From Hyaloraphidium curvatum SAG 235-1 (lineage: Eukaryota; Fungi; Monoblepharomycota): a DNA stretch of 64,000 bases. Shown in pieces: positions 36,443 to 46,934 of the stretch; the first letter of the stretch is position 1, and each line of letters opens with the position of its first letter. A program made the translations under genes and the position numbers. The notes under the pieces are model-generated. The model saw only the letters and a program-made list of their open reading frames with translations. It was not told the origin of the DNA and made no database searches. The stretch spans positions 496,001 to 560,000 of the forward strand of contig JAIVFI010000026.1 of assembly GCA_025558095.1 (NCBI GenBank). The letters run 5' to 3'.

Positions 36443-38337
36443 TCACACCCTCAGCCCCCCCTCGGCCTCCACCAGCCGTCCCATCATCCCCACATCGGGC
36501 ATCACCCCCGGCGCCCGGGAGCGGACGAACGCGTAGGCGCTGCCGAGGTCGAGGGACAGCGTGCGCATGGCGTAGGCGATGGCCAGCGAGGCGGAGCGGG
36601 CGACGCCGAGCGAGCACGAGAGGAGCAGGGGCGCGTGGGATTGCCTGCGGCGGGAAGCGAGGGGGACAAACCGGATCAGTTCGGTGCAAAAAGCACGGAC
36701 GCGCAAGGGCGACGCACCTCGCGTGGTCGATGATCGCCATCGCGTACTCCATCTCGTCGCTCCACCCCAGCCGCTGGCACGGCCTGCCCCCCGGGCTCGG
36801 CGGCCTCCGTATGCACTGCGAATGCGTCCACGGGAGGTGCAGCGAGTGCAGGTGGAGCACGTGGGTCCTGCCTCCCTGCGCGGGCGGGAGGTGCGACAGC
36901 GCTCGGGCGGCGCGGGGGGAGTGCAGAGCGTGCGAGGCGCGGGGCTGGGCGGTGGGTGGGACGGAGGGGGAGCGCGGGGCGATGGTGGTGTCGGGGGAGC
37001 GGGGGGAGGGGATGTCGAAGGAGGGCATGCGGCGCGGGGCGGAGGGGGGGAGGGCGAGGTGCGGAGCCGGAGCGGGGTCGGAGTGCCGCGGGGCAAAGGG
37101 AGGGAAAAACTCGGAGGTGGCACGGGAGAGCTTGCCGGCCGAGGCGTCGAGCAGCGGGGGGAGGGCGGTGGCGGTAGGCGTAGGGGGGTCGACGACAGGG
37201 AGGTCCGCGCGGAGGGCGTCGGCGCGGTGCGGTGGGATGGAGGAGTACATGGTGCGCTGCAGGGGGGTGCGGGCGGGCGGGAGGGCGGAGGGGGCGGCGG
37301 TGGGAGCGGGGGGATGCGCGGGGTGCGCATCGCGGGGCCAGGTGTCGCGGCCAATCAGTCTTGAGGGGGGGAGAGTCAGCAAAGGTCTGATCCGGCCTTC
37401 CTCGCACGACAACTCACAGGCACTCCACCTGCGCCGGCTGGTTCCCGTACTTGGGGCCGAACGACGACGGCTGCCCCGGCGCGGCTGGCACCGTCACCCG
37501 GGCTACGACCTCCCTGCAAACGCCAAACTCGCCGACCACGAGCCCCTCTCCGCCGGCGTCGTCGCAGCACGCCTCGCGCCGCGTCGGATCGGCATCCGCG
37601 TCCCCGTCGCAGAAGGTGCGCACGAGGTCCGCCGCGGATCCCTCCCCCGCAAGCGGATTCCTAACCTCCTTGGCCACGTTGACGAGGTACCTTATCCCCA
37701 GCGAGGAGAGCACCTCGGCGTCGCGGGCGTTGTCCTTGCACCCCAGGTACAGGTAGGGCAGGATCTGCGCCGGGCCGTACTTGTACGGGTTCTCCTTCAG
37801 CGAGTCGGTGTCCTTTGCCGCGGCGTGGTGCGGCGGCTCGTGCGGCGCGGGGGCGTGGGCCGCCGGGGCGGACGACGACTGCTGCGGAGGGGCGGTGTGC
37901 ACCGAGAGGCGGGCGCCCTTCTTCTTGGAGAAGGAGCGCTTGGGGACGGCGATCGGGATGGGCGGCGAGAGGGGGTCGCCGGCGGGAGCGCCGACCGGCG
38001 GGGGGCCGAGCGCCGGCGGCTGCCACCCGCCCGGCAGCGGCTGCGACAGCGAGTACTGCGGCGGCGGCGGGGGCGCGGCGAGCAGCGGGGCGGGCGGCGG
38101 CGGCTCGAGGAGCGGCGCCTCCGAGTCCATCGGGCTGCCGGGCTCGTCGTCGTCGGCGGCGGCCGGGGGCGTCGGGGGCGCCCGCTCCCGGCCCGGCGAC
38201 GGCTTCGACAGGCTGCCGTAGCCGCTGTCCCGCTTCTGCAGGCCCGGCGAGGCCGGCGGCCGCAGTTCCTCGTCGCCGTCGCCGCAGGCCGCCGCGGGCC
38301 CGCCCGGCCCGGCCCCCGAGGCTGGAAGCACTTCCAT
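36443..38337 (-). CDS. Dual-specificity (MAP kinase) phosphatase, fungal WH-type
   Basis: YKYGPAQILPYLYLG, VNVAKEV, LPWTH, the CX5R motif SCSLGVARSAS, IAYAM and AYAFVRSR; introns at ~37346-37417 and ~36641-36717. Confidence 0.8.
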
Positions 38338-39195
38338 CGTCCGTCGGACTAGGCACAGAGGGTCTGGGAGTTCCCCATTGTGGTGTCGAAACGTTCGAAA
38401 CTGTGTCGTGGGAGGGGATGCCGTTAGGAGAAATTCTCTAACACCTGGGTGGGCTGGTGATGCCGTCCGGGGCGGAGTCGCTGTGCCCCCCACCTCCGCC
38501 CAAACCTGGAATCCCGCCGTGCGACTTTCGGAAAAGCTTGGAAAGCGTTGATGGAGCTATTCGGAATCATGTTCCGTGGCGGAGGAAACCCCGCCGCTTC
38601 ACCGCGGCGGACCGCGGTCCTTGGACCCCATTCCAGGACCCCCACCTCCCAACCGGCCGGCATCCGCTTCCCGGGACGTTCCCACCAATTCTCCCACGCA
38701 GGCGGTGATATTCCGCCGCGATCCACTGCGGCGGCCGCCAGTGCTGACCCGTCAACGACACGATGCCGTGTCCTTGTGAGCGTACGCCGCAGCCCAGCCA
38801 GGCGCCGTTGCTCATCGCGGCCATCCCGGCCCATCGCGGTCCCGGCCGCCGTCCGTGGCCGTCATTGTGTCCGTACAGCCCGCCCGCGCCTTTCCCGCCC
38901 TCGCGGAGGCCAGCAGGCCCGCCGGCGTCGGCCCCGTCGGACGGTACGTCATCCCCAGCCGCCGTGCGTCGGGATCCCGGTGGGATGCGTCCCACGGGCC
39001 TGTCAACCGCTTGGGATGACGCGTGGATGGCGTTGGGACGGGATGCCGGCCATGGGAGATCTACGAAGGCGCAGGAATAGTTTGGCTGTTGATTTTTCGA
39101 CCTCGGCCGGCTCACTTGCGGCGCGATCACACCCCGCGCGAATGTTCAACGCTACCACCCTCCGACAAGTACACGTCACACAGCTCAACCATCTT

Positions 39196-40122
39196 TCAGC
39201 CCCTCCAACCATCCGCGACCCCCGCACCGAGGGTCCAAGCCTCCTGCTGCCCCCATCCCGAGGCCGGGTCCCACGCCTGATCGCCGAGCACAAGGCCGTC
39301 GACAAGCTCGTCGGCCAGGATCGCGCCGACCCAGTCCGGCAGCGCCTCGTCGTCGGTCGCGTACCACCCCTCGGCGCCGTCGGAGGGGTCGGCCGTCCAG
39401 GAAGGGGAGAGGAGGGAGGCGTCGGAGGAGGCGGGGCTCAGGGTGGGCAGGTGGGAGGAGGGAGAGCAGGAGGGAGGGGGGCTGGGTTCCTGGAGATGCT
39501 CCCTTGGAGGAATCGGGTCGATGAACAGGGGAGTTGTTGTGAAGAGGAGGGCGGGGAGGGAGACCCGCCGGGGGAAGCTGTCAGGTCCGATTTTGGGGCG
39601 GGGTGGCTCCGCGGGCGGCGAAACGGGGCTCCGCGGAGGCGAGGGACACGGCAGCGACGCCAGCCTGGGGAAACAGTCCGGGTCCAGCGCCCTGTGCGCC
39701 ACCCTCCTCGGCCGCGGCGGCTCGGGGTCGGGGTCCACCCTCCTGGGCGAGTCCGCGGCCACCTCCCCGGCCTCCCTCGCGGACCCCCGCCTCGCCTTGC
39801 CCGCGGCGCGATAGCCGCACGCCGCCTTCTGCCCCGCGGCCGCGCACCGGCCGCAGTGCGGCCTGCCGCCGTCGCACTGCCGCCTGGCCGCCCTGCACGG
39901 CTCGCACGCGATTTTCTCGACGGCGAGCGACACGCCGGCCTGTTCCGCGCGCCGCAAGTACTCCGCCTCGCTCCGGCAGCTCCGCCCGCCCGCGGGAGCG
40001 CGGCCCGGCCACGCGCACGGGAACCCGTGCGCCTCGCAGCGCGAACACGTCGCGCCGTCGCGGGGGCATTTGAGCCTCCTAAGGCGGCAAGCCCAGCATG
40101 CAGCCTCGCGCGGCTTGGGCAT
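39196..40122 (-). CDS. Double Zn(II)2Cys6 cluster protein, copy 2
   Basis: ACWACRLRRLKCPRDGATCSRCEAHGFPC..YLRRAEQAGVSLAVEKIACEPCRAARRQCDGGRPHCGRC; paralogue of 29481-30377. Confidence 0.8.
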   Translation of the reverse strand: MPKPREAACWACRLRRLKCPRDGATCSRCEAHGFPCAWPGRAPAGGRSCRSEAEYLRRAEQAGVSLAVEKIACEPCRAARRQCDGGRPHCGRCAAAGQKAACGYRAAGKARRGSAREAGEVAADSPRRVDPDPEPPRPRRVAHRALDPDCFPRLASLPCPSPPRSPVSPPAEPPRPKIGPDSFPRRVSLPALLFTTTPLFIDPIPPREHLQEPSPPPSCSPSSHLPTLSPASSDASLLSPSWTADPSDGAEGWYATDDEALPDWVGAILADELVDGLVLGDQAWDPASGWGQQEAWTLGAGVADGWRG

Positions 40123-40925
40123 CTTTTCGGCACCGGAACGGCGGGGGGGACGCTCCGGGGTGCGAATCAACGGGGGGGGAGATGAGGCAGCCAGGGCTCT
40201 GGACCCCGGTGCAGTTCCGATCTCGAGTCCCCCGGTGGCCGATGCCAAGGGTGTCGCATCGCAGTCCGTCGGTATATCGCCCGCAACATCCCAGGGTTTT
40301 CATAAACCCGGGATCTGCGTCAGGAAAGCGTCCGTCCGCGCGGTAGCCTCCGCCGCTGCCGCCGGCAGTCGGGGCTAGTGGTCACGGGTTTAGGCGCCTT
40401 TGGTCCCGAAGCTCCGCACGGCGGCGCCCATCGACCCCCGCTCCTTCTAGGAGTGCGCCTCCCGAGCATCCTTATCATGTGCAAGCGCTCCGGTGGCGCT
40501 GTGCTGCGTACGCTCGGGCGTGGCGGCGCAAAGGCAGGGCGGCCGGTCCGGCACAGCCGCCCCGCATCGCCGCCGATCCGAGGTCGCTCGGCCACTTTGA
40601 CGCGGGGTCGACACGCGATCGGCGCGGTCCGGGGGGCGGAAATGAGAGGGTAGGAGGCGGATGGTTTCCTGCGGGGACGGGGGACGGCACGGGGTCGGAG
40701 GAGGACGGTTGGGGAACGGACGGGGCTCTGGGCTTCAATCCTCGGACACTGCGATCGCGCACTTCCGGTCGCGCGATCGGCCATCGGCGACGATCCTGCT
40801 GACTTTGACGGGCCTGATCCGTCCACCGAGGTCCTCCGAATGCGGATGGCGCCGTGGTCCGAACGGTTCCTTAAAATGCAACCTCCATGCCGTCTGCGCT
40901 ACAAGCACTTTTATCCAGCTGGCAA

Positions 40926-42141
40926 TCAACCCATCTTGACCACCACCTTCCCCTTGCTCTTCCCCGAATGCAGGTACTCCACCGCATCCGCCACCTTCTC
41001 GACGCCCGCCAGCTCCCCGCCCTTGGTTTCCACCGGCACCTCGATCCGCCCGTCCCTCAGCAGGCCCTGCAGCACCGCGTACTGCGCGTCCGCAATATTC
41101 TTGCGGCCGCCGCGGAAGTACGAGACGACGTAGAAGCCGATCAGCGAGGCGCACTGCACGAAGAAGAAGGCGTCGAGGGGGGAGAGGAGGGAGGCGGCGG
41201 CTTCGAGCATGGGCTTGGCCTCCGTGTCCTGTTGACGGGCAAGCAGGGGGTCATTCGAGGCCGGCCTGCGAAAAGGCGGGGCATCCCACCTTGTAGCTCT
41301 CCACGGCGCCTAGAACGATCAGCCTGCCCCCAACGGCCATCTTCCTTCCGGCCGCCTGCACCATCTTGCCCCCCACTGACTCGTACGCGAGGTCGATCCC
41401 CTCGGGCGCCTCCTTCTTGAGCACCTCGGCCAGCTCCTCGGTCTTGTAGTCCACCACCACGTCGACGCCCCACTTCTTCAGCATCGCCGCCTTCTCGGCG
41501 CCCCCGCAGGTCGCAATCACCCTGTTCCCGGCGAGCTTGGCCAGCTGCGCCGCGAACATCCCCGTGCCCCCCGCCGCCGCGGTCACCAGCACCGTCTCGG
41601 GGGCGTCGTCGTCCGCCACCCTCTTGGGGGGCAGGTACCCCGCCAGGGGGCTCGATTTGCACACCTTCATGTGCCCGGTTTCGAGCAGGCCGATGGACGC
41701 CGTCAGGCCCGACATGCACGAGGCCAGCAGACGCGGGTCGGCGTCCTTGCTCTCCGGCTTGAACAGATAATCCCGGGAAGGGATGAGCACGATGAACTCG
41801 GCGTAGGCGGCGCCGTGGGTCGCGAACCACGAGATCGGGTCGCCGGCGGCGAAGCCCGACCCGGGGCCGGCGGCGAGCACCGTGCCCAGCCCCTCGAGCC
41901 CGGCGACGTGGGGAAGGTCCCGGCCGCGGTTGTAGAACACGCCGGCGGTGAACGCCACGTCGGACGCGTTGGCGCCCGCGTAGAGCACTTTTGCGAGGAC
42001 CGCGGTGGGGTCGGCGGCAAACGCCGCGAGGAGCTCAGCGGTGGGCGCGCGGACGGGGGAGGTGGAGGCGCGGAAGTCGCGGCCGTGGGAGACGAGGTCG
42101 ACGCGCGCGTAGGTTTCGGGAAGCTCGGGGAGGGAGGCCAT
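40926..42141 (-). CDS. Zn-independent MDR, PTGR3/ZADH2-like NADP-dependent oxidoreductase
   Basis: Motifs YAGANASDV.FTAG, GLEGLG, SGLTASIGL, VLVTAAAGGTG.FA.QLAKLAGN.VIATC, YESVGG and AVEYLHSGKSKGKVVV; one intron. Confidence 0.9.
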
Positions 42142-42358
42142 GCTTTTTCGTTTGAGGGAGACGGAGTTCGGGTTCTGGCCTTGGCGGTGGAGGCGGCGGC
42201 AAGTACGGAAACCACCCGTACCCGGCCGAGGCGGGTACGTATGCGTGCTCCGAATTCCACGTCGGCATCACATCTTCGAGCATCGTCTCTCTAGTCGTGG
42301 CAACTCCAGGCCAGGAGCACTTGGAACATCGACTGACCAGTGCCCACCATCACCCCCA

Positions 42359-43475
42359 TCACATTTTGGGCTTCTCGGCCATGTAGAGCGAGATGTCGAA
42401 AGCCGTCCCCGGCCCGACCAGCTCCGGCCGCGGGTACTCGATCATCTCGGCCTGCTCCCCGACCACGGCCCACATCTGCCCGCGGAGCGAGTCGTCCTCG
42501 ATGCAGCGGAGGTAGGCGGCGGCGAGCTTGGGGATGGGGATCCTGTGCGGTGAGGGGGAGAGCAGTCGTCAGGGATTGGCGCTGGAAGCAGGCAAGAGAG
42601 GGAGGGAGGCAGACCATCCGTTGAGCATCTGCACGGCGGAGACGCCCCCGCTGCGGGCGGTCATCTGGCTGTCGTACTGCTCCGGCGTCTTGGCCTGCCG
42701 AACGGCGATCTAGGCGTGAGTAGTTGGTTTGGAGGGCGACCCCGACGGACCCCACGACGGGCATCTTTGCCATTGTCGACGCCTGCTCCAGGATTGGCGT
42801 CCACACAAAGGCCGGCATGATCGCGTTGGCCCTGATCTTGCTAGCGGGCCCCTTCCCCTTCGTCAAAGAGATCATGTCCATCGCCCCCTGCAGCGACTTG
42901 ACGAAATGCAGGTTCGATCCTTTGACGGTGTTGTAGATTATCGCCGTGCTCCCCGGCCCTTTCGCCGCCGACCAGAACCCGGCCATCGAGGCGGTCACCA
43001 CGATCGCCCCCGCCATGTCGTTGCGCGTCCAATACGTGCACGCAATCCGCGACAGCCCCACGACGCCGGCGACCATCACCTCCACCGCGTCCCGCCACCC
43101 GTCCTCGCCCTTCTCCACGTCGTCGGCCCAGCTCGTCCCCGTGTGCCCGGCGTTGGCCACCACAGCGTCCACGCGTCCGAAGGCCGAGACGGCGCCGTCG
43201 AAGAGCGCCTGGTTGGATTTCTGGTCGCGAACGTCGGTTTCCCGGAACCGTGCCGCGGGGCCGAGTTCCGAGGCGGCCTGCACGCCGAGGGCGGCGTTGC
43301 GGTCGCCAATCATCACTTTTGCGCCGCGGGAGACGAGAAGACGTGCGATTCCGAGGCCGATGCCTGATAGTGCGGGGGGGAGACATTACCCAGAAGGAAA
43401 GAGGGGAGAAGGGGGGAGCAGCGCACCAGAAGCACCACCCGTGACGACAACGACTTGATCCTTGATGGGAGCCAT
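42359..43475 (-). CDS. Short-chain dehydrogenase/reductase, 15-hydroxyprostaglandin dehydrogenase-like
   Basis: Spliced VVVVTGGASGIGLG; VVANAG, IVVTASMAG, YNTVK (YxxxK), IRANAIMPAFVWTP and AYLRCIEDDSL.G. Confidence 0.85.
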
Positions 43476-43652
43476 GATTCGGGTCCTATGACGACGGCCT
43501 GCGCTCTGAAAGCGGACGGATTCAGGCTCGCCACTCGCTCTCAATAGGATGGCCGCGCGCGCGTAGCGAGTTTACCCCACCCCGGAGACACGCATACGAC
43601 CGAGGCAACCGCTCCGTGTTGCAACGCATTCCTTGCCGCCCTCAAATCGACC

Positions 43653-44018
43653 ATGTCCCCGCCTTCCGCCCGCCCGCCCGTCTACGGCGTCGACGTCGAC
43701 CCCCAGACGCGGTGCGCGCACTACCACACTCCCGTCGACATCGTCGCCCTCCGCTTCGGCTGCTGCTCGAACTACTACCCGTGCCACCTGTGCCACGACG
43801 CCGTCGCCGCGCACCCGCCCGTGCCGTGGCCCAAGGCGCGGTTCGGCGAGCCGGCGGTGCTCTGCGGGGCGTGTGGCTTGGAGATGAAGGTGGAGGAGTA
43901 CCTGGGGAGCGGGTACAGGTGTCCGGGGTGCGGAGAGGGGTTCAATCCGGGGTGCGGCAAGCATGCGCACCTGTACTTTGAGATGGAGCCGCACGGCGGG
44001 GCGGAGGGGAAGATTTGA
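43653..44018 (+). CDS. CHY zinc finger protein (Hot13-like)
   Basis: GVDVDPQTRCAHYH..DIVALRF.CC..YYPC..CHD, VLCGAC and CPGC...FNPGC..H..LYF. Confidence 0.85.
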   Translation: MSPPSARPPVYGVDVDPQTRCAHYHTPVDIVALRFGCCSNYYPCHLCHDAVAAHPPVPWPKARFGEPAVLCGACGLEMKVEEYLGSGYRCPGCGEGFNPGCGKHAHLYFEMEPHGGAEGKI

Positions 44019-44194
44019 GGGCTGCGGCGCCAGGCACGGCGCCTGGACGCGCTCGCCCGACGACAGTTCGGGGCGACATTTCGAGTCTTCTGCTTGGATG
44101 CGGACTGTGCTGCCGTCGGGCAGGTCGTGGTTGGGCGAAGTCACGGGGCCAGCAGGGCGGACTTGCACGACCTGCCGTTGGTTCCAGTCGCGGC

Positions 44195-44228
44195 CCATCC
44201 GCGGACTAGCACCATCCGCGGACTAGCA
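44195..44228. repeat. 17-bp tandem duplication
   Basis: ccatccgcggactagca twice. Confidence 0.85.
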
Positions 44229-44486
44229 GCTTTCGGCGCCGAATCGCTCCGCGCGAACGCCGGGACAAGAGCCGCGGCAGATGGACGATTCTTGAGCTCG
44301 GTTGGCGATGTGATCTCTCTCCAACCAATGGACTACGCATTGTGCGCGTTGGCACGTGTACATCGCTTTCAAAACTACAAGCGGCAACTGCTGCTCTGCC
44401 ATCGACATTCGAAGCTCCCAACGTCCGGCTTCCAGCAGTCCAAGAGTCCAAGACGGCCCGGATCCCTTGCGCGTCCGATGACGTGT

Positions 44487-45032
44487 TCACATCCCCGGTT
44501 CCCCCCTCTCCAGCTTGGCCTTGAGCCTCTCCTCGTTCCTCTTGTACCTCTCCCTGCACCCCGCCTCGGCCGGCCCCGCCTCCCCCGCCGTGTTCTTGCC
44601 CATGTCGTCCGTCCCCCTCCCCTCCCTGTCCCCGGCCGTGTGCTTGGCGGGCTTGTCCGACGCCCTCTCGAACGCCAGCTCGTCCTCCCCGTCCCTGTAC
44701 GCGCTCGGCCTGTGCTCTCCGTCCCCGTCCAGCTCCCCGCGCGCCGCGGCCTCCTCCAGCTCGTCCCAGTGCTCCATCACCGACTCTTCCATCGGGTCCT
44801 CTTCCTCGGGCGGGACGAAGGTCGGACCGCCCGGGCTCGACTCGGGGATGCGCGGGTCGCGCTCGTGGGGCGGAGTGGGGCGGAAGTCCTTCAGGTCCTT
44901 GCGCTGGCCCGAGGAGGGGGCGGGGTGGGCGTGGAAGGAGAAGGTCTGGAGGGGGATGCCGGCGGAGGGGTGGAGAACGGCACGGCGGGCCGTGCGCGCG
45001 ATGGAGGAGATGTAGGGCGTGGGGGAGGACAT
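44487..45032 (-). CDS. Small hydrophilic protein, possible mitochondrial presequence
   Basis: 181-aa ORF with an Arg/Ser-rich, acid-free N-terminus followed by an acidic body. Confidence 0.55.
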   Translation of the reverse strand: MSSPTPYISSIARTARRAVLHPSAGIPLQTFSFHAHPAPSSGQRKDLKDFRPTPPHERDPRIPESSPGGPTFVPPEEEDPMEESVMEHWDELEEAAARGELDGDGEHRPSAYRDGEDELAFERASDKPAKHTAGDREGRGTDDMGKNTAGEAGPAEAGCRERYKRNEERLKAKLERGEPGM

Positions 45033-45589
45033 TTCGGTGGGTGTGGCCGATGGTGGAGGGCGGGGAACAGGCGAGGGTGAGTGGTTGGTGCGGACGAAAG
45101 CCCGGGGCGTCTAGTCATCGCAAGCGGAGCCATGACATTCGGCATCCGGACGAACACAGACGGCCGGAAACAAGGACGAACGTGGAAATAGCAACAATGG
45201 AAAATGGAACGTTTAAGGTCATTCTCAATCGCTACTACCGTAGGAACCTCCGCTGCTCGGCGTCCTGCAGCCATTCCGTTCACTGTTCCGCGTTCCACTC
45301 CGGGTCCGCCTTCCGCACAAGCATCTTGCAAAGACCAGATGGCAGATCTTTGGACAGGAATTCGGCGATGTCCTCCAGGGGAAAAGGCACGGGCCGCCTC
45401 CGCTACTCCCACAGAAAGTTGTGCCGCAACGTTGGCCCGGCGCGGGCTTGAACGGCAGCCTCGCAAATCAACGATCCAGAAGTGCATTGTTTTCGACCGA
45501 ATGCAGGCGCATGAGGTGCACCGGAGGCAACCATCGCACAACTTTGGAAGCGAACTTAGGAGGGTCTCCGTCCATAGGAACGTTGTGCT

Positions 45590-46030
45590 GCCACGTCGCC
45601 AGACCTTGAACAAAAGTCCATGGCCCTGGCCCTCGTGGCCAACGATGTCCTCGACGGTGTACTCCTGCTTGTTCCCAAGCACGTTGTCGTCCTCGATCTC
45701 CTCCTCGAACTCGTTCACAGGTTCCGAGAGATCGAGCTCTTCACCGGGGGCGAGCTTCGGGGCGCGTGCGTTCCACGAGCGCGTGTTGAAAGTGGCCGAC
45801 TCTCAAGGTTGGTGGCGCGCCAGCCGATCTACATGCACGTTAGTAGCGTGGTCGGTCTCGTAGACGTGCCTGCACTTCCAGCGATGCGGTAGGGGCCAAG
45901 ATAGCCAGAGAGGGACTTGCTCGGCCCGCCCTTTGCGAGCGCTCTGGTCCCCAAATGAGCACGAGATCGCCGGGGCGGAAGGTAATCGGGAGCTGGGTTG
46001 CGTTGGCCTTGGCGTTCCGAGTCTCCACCG
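45590..46030 (-). mobile_element. Degenerate Ty3/Gypsy (chromovirus) integrase C-terminus
   Basis: Fragments in different frames, in the canonical order: ITFRPGDLVLIW, PSKSLSGYLGPYRI (GPY/F motif), then chromodomain start EYTVEDIVGHEG..HGLLFKVW. Confidence 0.7.
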
Positions 46031-46934
46031 CTGCGGCCATCTTCTCGGCCACCAGACCATCATAGGCCGCCCGAAGTTGATCGCACTCTCCGACTCCCCC
46101 CCGGGCGGTTGCCCGTCCTGGCCGTCGATTTCGAGCACTCGACCGCCAACGACTTCAGTAGCACCCGCACCTCCACCTCCCCCCTCTTCGTTGACCGCGG
46201 CCCCCGCCTCGCAACCACCGAACCCCGCCGTCGCCCTTCAGAAGCTCCGCATCGCACGCCATCGCCCTGCGCGACCCGGAGCGCGCCATCCTCTGGCTCC
46301 CCGCTGGCCGCTCCGCGATCCGCGGCTGTACGACGTGCGCGCGTGCCTCCGCGCCCTCGGGGAGCGCAGCAGGAGGGCCGCCGCGGTGTCGGCAATGACC
46401 ACTGATGCGCTGGCGGGGCAGCGCACCGTGACGGGGGACGGGGGATGCGTCGGCGAGGCACTTCATGATGTACAATGAGCCTGTCGGCGAGGTCGGCGTG
46501 GGAGAGGTCGACGACGGAGGAGTTCCCGCGACTACTACCCACGCAAGCCCGCAGGGAACAGAGTTGCCCGTGTGGCGCGTGGACACGTACGTCGGATGCG
46601 GTGGACCCGCTTTTGAAGCTAACTTTCATGGACCCATCGGCCAGGGATGCTGCGTTCGGCCGCGAATTGCAGGCACCCGGTCCCAAATCTGAGCGCGAGA
46701 ACAATACAGCTGATTGAATGTCGACCGAAGCGCCTACTGCTGCAGCGGGTGCTCCATCTCCGGGCGCGCAGCGATGCCGGGCCCATCGGGGGCTTTGCGT
46801 CTGGGTCGGCGGCCGGCCGGCCGGCCGGACCCGGCCGCACCCAGAGAAAACCCGGCAGGCGCGCCCCCTACCGCCTGCCGAATCCGCGCCTCCGACACCT
46901 GCCGTCCCGTTCCGCCCAAGAGAAGGAGCCCGCG

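Noticed and set aside
40752-40779. 9-bp inverted repeat (cgatcgcgc...gcgcgatcg) upstream of a double Zn-cluster gene
   Set aside because: Short and GC-rich, so plausible by chance; no counterpart found upstream of the paralogue.
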